The notes under the pieces are model-generated. The model searched no databases. It saw only the letters and a list, made by a program, of their open reading frames with translations, and was not told the origin of the DNA. This document shows positions 57,916 through 64,000 of a stretch of DNA of 64,000 bases, in pieces. This DNA is from a virus: IMG/VR virus record IMGVR_UViG_3300035695_000002, positions 1-64,000 of that record, one strand, 5' to 3'. Position numbers and translations under genes: made by a program. How positions within the stretch are numbered: position 1 is the first letter of the stretch; every line of letters begins with the position of its first letter.

Positions 57916-60435
57916 TTAAACATTTTCTATTGTTGCTATCGGTAATCTGGAACTGTTAGTTATACCTGACTGTGTAATCCTCCACTTATAAACTGTAGGA
58001 TTGCCTATGAAATCGGTATTATAAATAATATCCCCCTTTTTATAACCAATTGAGTTTGCATTACTCGCCACAAATACCCCTTGTTCTATTCCTTGCCAAT
58101 CTACCCCAGTAACCTCAACAAGACCATTATCTATTGCATTATTGCTTACAGTTATTGTTGTACTTGTCACAGATATAATATGAGTGCCTTCTGGAAAATA
58201 AGGACTGAATATCGTCATTCTTGGAGCAGCAGAACTAATAGGAGCTTCTCCTACACAATTTGTTATTACATTACTACCACTTATAGCATCTCCTATTACA
58301 AAAAATGGATAAACATTTGGTATTCTACCTATATAAAAATTGTAATTAGTTACAGCATCAATCCCCTTCCCTATATAGGAGAGGGTTATAGTGGATGTTG
58401 CGTCGTTTTTAGCTGTAACTACACCACAACACAAGTACCTATTCGCAATTCCGTATTCATCAAGAATATTAGTTGTTCCATTAAGGAAGATAGTGTCCTG
58501 AATATATACTTTGTTGTAATCATCCCCTGCACTCATCACTATATCTGCTGTAAGATTTATAGCATCTATATTGCTAAAACTTAATGTCCCTGACTTTAAA
58601 GGGAAAAAATACCATTCTTCAGGAGTTCTTGTTGTAGAAGTGGGATTTGTTATATTTGTATTTCTTTTCCTTTTGCGTATCAAAGAACTTGTATTACCAA
58701 GTGGAGTAGATCCATTTCTCCTATTATAACTAATAATCATATCTGATAGTAATAGATATGGAGTATTTTCTGATAATTCTTGTGGTTTAGATACTGTTAT
58801 AATATCAGAACTTCCAAACGGTAAAGTACTTTGAGCACTTGAACAATTAACAAATTCTAATTGTCCTTGTAAATAATAATTAATTGGAAGTTGATTGAAA
58901 TAACATTTATCGAAATAAGCACTTTGACAATCAACTGCTAAAGGTGTATAATAAATAGCTCCGTAAGTAAAGAACATCGAATCAACAACTTTGAGGTAGC
59001 CCCCTTTAAATATTGTATATGCATTATGTATTGCCGGACTTCCGTATACAGGAGCTTGAAAATTGATTCTACAACCCTCTAATGTCATATGACCAAAAAC
59101 AGTAGAACCATTGAGCATATAAAAGCTCTCCAAATGTCCTCTTTTTATAATTATTCCTTTATTTGCAAAAGATGTTAGTTTAGCTATATATCTAACACTC
59201 CCTGCCACATTAAGCCCATCTACTTCAGGATGATCCCCCGTACCGTTACCATAATCAAAAGAATTAAAGATGGTTTCGGTGTGCCCCCAACACTTAAAAT
59301 TATTTATCTGGCATGACCTATTCTGTGATTGTCCAATAGATACTGCACTTCTACAACTATCTCCCCAACAATTATTGATACAGATAGCATCTCCGTTTTG
59401 AGGAGTGATGTGGGGACTTAAGCAATATCCAACAACTAAATTAGCTACTCTACAACTATCGAAAATAATATCTGTAGAGCCTCCATTACCGTCTGCTGAA
59501 TTATAATATGAAGCAAAATCAGGATATATATCAGTTGCTGAAGAATCATTAATAAAAGGATCAACTACAAATCCTGCATGAGGAGAATAAGGAGTATCTC
59601 TACATCCTCCTGAAAAATTAGTTGCTGGATTTTCTAAAACATCATAAACCGATAAGTTAGCAATAGCTGAATTAGCACCATTTAAAAAAATACCATAAAC
59701 CCTCACCCCTTTACATTTATGTAATCCTACCATAAAAGTATTTTTATTGGTTGTAGTTAATTTTGTTTGTCCGGCAGTCCCATCATATACATTCGTCTCT
59801 CCTTCTAATCTAAAACTATTACAGAATTGATTCAGTCCTTGTCTAACCAGTATGCCAATCCCTATTTTATAATTACCAAATGGTAAATAAACATATTTTA
59901 ACTTAGAAACAATAGCACTATCTATTGTCTTTTGAATTGCGGGTTGGTCATCTTGAATACCGTCCCCTAATGCTCCAAACCATCTTACTGACCATTTTCC
60001 TAAAGATAACGCCTCTGGAACAATTGTTAAAGTGGTGTCGAATATTTTACTTCTAAAAGGACCATCAATAATACCACCATTAATAGTTCCTATTCCTGTT
60101 AAATATGTTCCATTTTCAAAAATTAAATATTTTCCAGAAGGAACTGTCACTGTACCACTTATTGTTATTGCTCCTCCTCCTTTTATATCAAATTTAACCC
60201 CTTTTACATTTGAACTTGATAAAATTGTATTTAATTTAGTGGTCATATCAGAGCCATTAGCATAAATACCGGCATTTCTACATGGCACTATACCATTTAA
60301 TTCTAATGCAATCCATTTATTAGTACCGTCATCATAACCAAATACTCCATCATTAGAGTATCCGGCAGGAAATGCAGCCACTTGCATCATTATATTTCCT
60401 CTATCTTGAATAAATGCTCCAGAAGCTACTGACAT
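57916..60435 (-). CDS. Tail spike / polysaccharide depolymerase (beta-helix)
   Basis: SVRWFGALGDGIQDDQPAIQKTID..VYLPFG.Y pectate-lyase-3-like start. Confidence 0.8.
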   Translation of the reverse strand: MSVASGAFIQDRGNIMMQVAAFPAGYSNDGVFGYDDGTNKWIALELNGIVPCRNAGIYANGSDMTTKLNTILSSSNVKGVKFDIKGGGAITISGTVTVPSGKYLIFENGTYLTGIGTINGGIIDGPFRSKIFDTTLTIVPEALSLGKWSVRWFGALGDGIQDDQPAIQKTIDSAIVSKLKYVYLPFGNYKIGIGILVRQGLNQFCNSFRLEGETNVYDGTAGQTKLTTTNKNTFMVGLHKCKGVRVYGIFLNGANSAIANLSVYDVLENPATNFSGGCRDTPYSPHAGFVVDPFINDSSATDIYPDFASYYNSADGNGGSTDIIFDSCRVANLVVGYCLSPHITPQNGDAICINNCWGDSCRSAVSIGQSQNRSCQINNFKCWGHTETIFNSFDYGNGTGDHPEVDGLNVAGSVRYIAKLTSFANKGIIIKRGHLESFYMLNGSTVFGHMTLEGCRINFQAPVYGSPAIHNAYTIFKGGYLKVVDSMFFTYGAIYYTPLAVDCQSAYFDKCYFNQLPINYYLQGQLEFVNCSSAQSTLPFGSSDIITVSKPQELSENTPYLLLSDMIISYNRRNGSTPLGNTSSLIRKRKRNTNITNPTSTTRTPEEWYFFPLKSGTLSFSNIDAINLTADIVMSAGDDYNKVYIQDTIFLNGTTNILDEYGIANRYLCCGVVTAKNDATSTITLSYIGKGIDAVTNYNFYIGRIPNVYPFFVIGDAISGSNVITNCVGEAPISSAAPRMTIFSPYFPEGTHIISVTSTTITVSNNAIDNGLVEVTGVDWQGIEQGVFVASNANSIGYKKGDIIYNTDFIGNPTVYKWRITQSGITNSSRLPIATIENV

Positions 60436-60438
60436 AGA

Positions 60439-60654
60439 TTAATTTAAATTAAATACTGTGAAAGCACTTCCTCCTGAAAATCCTACAACATTTATAGTGA
60501 GATCAGGATAAATCCCTGTGATAGATATATTTGCTCCAGGAAGAATATTAGGAAGAGGACCTATAGTAGATGTAATAAGCCTATCTAAATCAAGATAATC
60601 ATTATATTTCTTCGCAGAAGTTATCCAAAAACCCGTTTTTATATAATGAGGCAT
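60439..60654 (-). CDS. Small putative structural protein
   Basis: IKTGFW..LDLD; G.NISITG.YP..TIN fibre-like repeat. Confidence 0.6.
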   Translation of the reverse strand: MPHYIKTGFWITSAKKYNDYLDLDRLITSTIGPLPNILPGANISITGIYPDLTINVVGFSGGSAFTVFNLN

Positions 60655-60657
60655 ATT

Positions 60658-61290
60658 TTATTTTTTACCCACTTTTAACTCTAATATTTGAGGAATATGT
60701 ACATGAGGATTAGAAGAGGTCATTTCTGAGAAATATTTCTTCTTTCCTAAAAACCATTTCCTTTTCCAATATAATACTCCATCTATAGGAGCATCTACTT
60801 CGTACTTTAGTACTGCACTGTCTGGAGAAACTTGTTTATAATCGAATTTTGACCATTTGTCTTGTTTTTTCCAATCTTTAGCTACAAATTTGATAGTGTC
60901 TCCTTTTTTATCTATATATGTGATAGTTGTGTCTTTTGGATGGATACGTAAACTATCTATAGATTGAGATTGGACTTGGAAAGCATACTCTAGATTTTTA
61001 TAACTTTTCTTTAATCCTTGGAATTCCTTTAGAAAGGAGAGATTTCCATCTTTTACAAGTTGTTTGATTGTGTTATTTTCAAGAACAACAGCTTGGTTTT
61101 TAGCTACTTCTTCCCCTGACTTATTTTTATAATATTGAGTTTTCATTTGCTCTTTACTAAAAAGCTGTTCTACACCCTGTTTTTGAGCCTTTTCTTCTCT
61201 ATATTTGTTGTAAAATGTATAAAGTAGAACACCAGTTATGATTAGCAATAATACTAACCCTGCTTCTATTTTAAGTCTTAAAGATAACAT
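60658..61290 (-). CDS. Putative spanin (Rz-like)
   Basis: N-terminal TM, coiled coil, KRKWFLGKK; in lysis cluster. Confidence 0.55.
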   Translation of the reverse strand: MLSLRLKIEAGLVLLLIITGVLLYTFYNKYREEKAQKQGVEQLFSKEQMKTQYYKNKSGEEVAKNQAVVLENNTIKQLVKDGNLSFLKEFQGLKKSYKNLEYAFQVQSQSIDSLRIHPKDTTITYIDKKGDTIKFVAKDWKKQDKWSKFDYKQVSPDSAVLKYEVDAPIDGVLYWKRKWFLGKKKYFSEMTSSNPHVHIPQILELKVGKK

Positions 61291-61292
61291 AA

Positions 61293-61490
61293 TTACTCGT
61301 CTATTTTTTCTCCTGATTGTAATTTGAAATATAGAGCTGTTTCATGCCCCACCCATGTAAGAAATAATGATAGAAATACCCACCATTTGTTATCTTGGAA
61401 TAGTAATACAGCACTCATAGCTGATCCCAGTCTACTAACACTGGCTCCTAGGAAAGAATATTCTTTAGGTGTATCAGGAAGATATTTCAT
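61293..61490 (-). CDS. Putative holin
   Basis: Small, two hydrophobic segments, near endolysin. Confidence 0.5.
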   Translation of the reverse strand: MKYLPDTPKEYSFLGASVSRLGSAMSAVLLFQDNKWWVFLSLFLTWVGHETALYFKLQSGEKIDE

Positions 61491-61819
61491 TACTTTACTA
61501 TAAACTTATCTATTATATATATAATAAGTCCCAATGTCATTACAATACCTTGCCAATTACCTTTTAAAGTGTTCATGAAGGATTTATTTTCTTCTACTTT
61601 TGGAGAAATGTCGTCCAAATCTCTATCCAATACTCTAATTTTCTCTCCTACAGTGGCTCTAAGGACAGCTAAGTCTGTTTTTAGGTCATTGTGACTGGTT
61701 TCCAACCCTGTAACTCTACCATTGGTTTTTCTACATTCTGTTAGAGTGTTTTCTCCTGTAATTTTTATTACAGCCAACTGTTCTCTTATTGTTGATAATT
61801 CTTCAGCAATATCTGCCAT
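61490..61819 (-). CDS. Coiled-coil protein with C-terminal TM (holin/antiholin-like)
   Basis: TNGRV motif, C-terminal TM. Confidence 0.55.
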   Translation of the reverse strand: MADIAEELSTIREQLAVIKITGENTLTECRKTNGRVTGLETSHNDLKTDLAVLRATVGEKIRVLDRDLDDISPKVEENKSFMNTLKGNWQGIVMTLGLIIYIIDKFIVK

Positions 61820-61844
61820 TATTATAATAATTAAGGGATTTATA

Positions 61845-61876
61845 CAAAAGTATGACTAAAAAAGCAAATTTCCAAG
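61845..61876 (-). promoter_or_regulatory. Bacteroidota promoter
   Basis: Minus strand CTTG-N20-TACTTTTG. Confidence 0.75.
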
Positions 61877-61922
61877 GATTTACTTGGAAATTAATGCTAT
61901 AGAGAAATTGAATTATATGGAA

Positions 61923-62429
61923 TTAAACTAATCCATCCCAAGTGGGATCTGTGGATTTAACTATTGAAAATTTATCTAAATTTGGGAGATATTGCCAATG
62001 CCATCTCTCTGATAGTACTGTTCTTACAAAACCGTAAGTTTTAGCATTATGAAACATCCATTTATAGACATCTGGAGGAACATTGAAATCATAAGCATCT
62101 CCGTTTTGATGATTGGAATATCCAGGTTTAGCTGTTCTAGGACTAAATAGTCCATTATCTGCATTTATTAGATATGTCCTATCGTTTATTTTAGTCTTAT
62201 CTATTACATTCCTTTGACGAAATCCATATTGCTCTTCCCAAGTTCTGAATCCTTCATTTAAATGGAGAGTGATATTGTCCTTTTTAGCACCGTTAATGAT
62301 TGATTGTACAAAAGAAAGATAAGAATTAACGACCTTTTTACCATCAATTAAGGAAATCCCCTCATATCTTAGGAGTTTTCCATTGTCATATAAGGCATAT
62401 TCTCCTTTTCCGTTTTGAGATTCTATCAT
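61923..62429 (-). CDS. Endolysin, peptidase M15 (VanY-like)
   Basis: GFRT.EEQ, A.PG.SNH..G.A.D, E.WH. Confidence 0.9.
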   Translation of the reverse strand: MIESQNGKGEYALYDNGKLLRYEGISLIDGKKVVNSYLSFVQSIINGAKKDNITLHLNEGFRTWEEQYGFRQRNVIDKTKINDRTYLINADNGLFSPRTAKPGYSNHQNGDAYDFNVPPDVYKWMFHNAKTYGFVRTVLSERWHWQYLPNLDKFSIVKSTDPTWDGLV

Positions 62430-62878
62430 TAATAATTTAAAAATAATCGTTCAAATAGATAGATATAATTATAACTTAAGTTTTGTTTGGTTTCTTCTAA
62501 TCTTTTATTCATTATTTCCCAATCTGGGAGTTCTTCAAAAACAATAGTCACTTCACTATCTAACAATTCTTTAGTTTTAGATTGCTTTAAAATACCTAAT
62601 TTTAGATTGTCTTCATCATTTTCCTTATAATCTTCAGGAAGAGTTCCATTATATAATTCAGCAAACCCCAGAAGATTAATAGCTTGAAATTGTTCCCTAG
62701 ACACATTCTCTCCAACTTTCTTAAGGGTTTTATTGGCTATTCTCCTCACTCCTTCACTTATAGATTTTTCATTACAAAACCCTAAAATCTTAACATCTTC
62801 CTTACCATTATTGAAAGATACTCCAGCTAGGAGATTTAAGCATTCATATAATTCTTCTACCTTTAACTTTTTTTCCAT
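62429..62878 (-). CDS. Hypothetical protein (possible fibre-associated chaperone)
   Basis: Acidic helical ORF after tail fibre; ELLD.EV.I. Confidence 0.6.
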   Translation of the reverse strand: MEKKLKVEELYECLNLLAGVSFNNGKEDVKILGFCNEKSISEGVRRIANKTLKKVGENVSREQFQAINLLGFAELYNGTLPEDYKENDEDNLKLGILKQSKTKELLDSEVTIVFEELPDWEIMNKRLEETKQNLSYNYIYLFERLFLNY

Positions 62879-62899
62879 ATTTAATTGGTTTAATTTTCG

Positions 62900-62930
62900 C
62901 AAATATAGTAAAATAATTCAATAATACAAA
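62900..62930 (-). promoter_or_regulatory. Bacteroidota promoter
   Basis: Minus strand TTTG-N19-TATATTTG. Confidence 0.8.
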
Positions 62931-62933
62931 TAG

Positions 62934-64000
62934 TTAGCTCCAATTTCCCACATTTGTTACAGAATTAGTACCTACAGGCCAAATTCTGAAATAAGAATTC
63001 ACTCCCACTATGGCTGCTGAGGCTACACCTAAGCTAACTTGAGGAATTAGTGTTCCTCCTGCATTGATTCTCACAATTCCCCATATTCTAGCATGACCTG
63101 TAGTAGTGGTATTAGCTGCACTTATAGCAACATTGGCTGCCGTATTAAATGATATTAAAGGAGCACTAGCTGTAGCTAAAGTACTTTTAGTAGCTGAAGA
63201 TTGCCAAGTTTGTGAGGTAAATGTAGCCGTTCCTCCAAAAGAAAAACCAAAAGCCCCTGACGTAGAGGACATGGAAGTTAAGGAGAAAAAACACTCAAAA
63301 TAGTAAGATTTTGAACTTGATACTGTTAAAGCCCCATTAGTGGAAGAATTAAACAGTTTTTGTGCTGCTGTTTGAGATGTAAGAGTATATGCTCCTGTTA
63401 AGGATATGAATTGTTCACTGTCTACTACAGATCTTTCACTGGTAGCATGAGTCCAATATCGGATACCGTTAGCATCCACTTCTCCTACACCTGCTATTGC
63501 TGATGTTAATAAAGCAGCACTTGTTAATATAAAAGTTTCTGCTCCAAAAGAAGCAGTTCCAGCAGCATGTATTAATACACCAGGATTAAATGTCTTATTT
63601 CCTGTAACTGTTTGTACAGAGGCTAATACCATATCTCCACTACCACTAGGAGACCCCCAACTTACATTAGATCCATCTGTAGTGAGATATTTTCCTGTAT
63701 TTCCTATTTGAGAAGGTAGAAGATTGGTTATAGCTCCTGCACCGAAAGATGTAAGAGAAGAAGCAGTGACTCCTGATGCTAATGTGATTCCTGTTAATGT
63801 TCCTGCTGCTGCTGCGATAGTAATATTTCCACTACCATCAAAACTTACACCATTAATAGTTCTTGCAGTCTGTAACACTGTAGCACTACCAGCGTTTCCT
63901 GTAATTGTAGTGATTGTTATATTTGATGATAGAGCACTTCCATTAATAGTCCTGGAAGAAGGAACAGCATCTGTAATACCATATCCTCCTAATGTAGTTG
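62934..64000 (-). CDS. Tail fibre protein (5' part outside window)
   Basis: Frame open to window edge: TTLGGYGITDA, LQTARTINGVSFDGS, GKYLTTDG fibre motifs. Confidence 0.85.
   Translation of the reverse strand, partial: TTLGGYGITDAVPSSRTINGSALSSNITITTITGNAGSATVLQTARTINGVSFDGSGNITIAAAAGTLTGITLASGVTASSLTSFGAGAITNLLPSQIGNTGKYLTTDGSNVSWGSPSGSGDMVLASVQTVTGNKTFNPGVLIHAAGTASFGAETFILTSAALLTSAIAGVGEVDANGIRYWTHATSERSVVDSEQFISLTGAYTLTSQTAAQKLFNSSTNGALTVSSSKSYYFECFFSLTSMSSTSGAFGFSFGGTATFTSQTWQSSATKSTLATASAPLISFNTAANVAISAANTTTTGHARIWGIVRINAGGTLIPQVSLGVASAAIVGVNSYFRIWPVGTNSVTNVGNWS

Noticed and set aside
49983-63303. Short plus-strand ORFs in the late block (e.g. 58081..58584, 56443..56784)
   Set aside because: Antisense shadows of minus-strand genes
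1-64000. Genome-wide stop-codon reassignment as in some crAss-like phages
   Set aside because: Long genes are intact in the standard code, and TAG and TGA both terminate tightly packed genes
1-64000. tRNA genes, rRNA, CRISPR array, integrase
   Set aside because: I found no cloverleaf with a T-loop in intergenic DNA, no regularly spaced repeats and no recombinase motifs by eye

Overview
This AT-rich window is part of a large lytic dsDNA tailed-phage genome with crAss-like (Crassvirales-type) gene content, read in the standard genetic code. Many TTTG-N19/20-TAnnTTTG promoters and the absence of Shine-Dalgarno motifs point to a Bacteroidota host. The window opens with a divergent control region (1-336). 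A + strand early block (337-~18100) holds small genes, lipoproteins, two PRTase-fold genes and several structured intergenic RNAs. A + strand replication and nucleotide block follows: PolB, DnaB, SF2 helicase, Sak4-like ATPase, SSB, primase, UNG, exonuclease, MazG, ThyX, class II RNR, RecA, GroES and many free-standing homing endonucleases. From ~49700 the distal end of a convergent - strand late block carries fibre/spike and lysis genes. The most notable feature is a putative virion protein O-glycosylation system at 48264-56385. It comprises a glycosyltransferase resembling plant HPAT/SGT1 peptidyl O-glycosyltransferases, three further GT-A genes, a fused NDP-sugar ketoreductase/C3-methyltransferase and a small Thr-tailed candidate acceptor. 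All calls come from reading motifs by eye; no searches were run.
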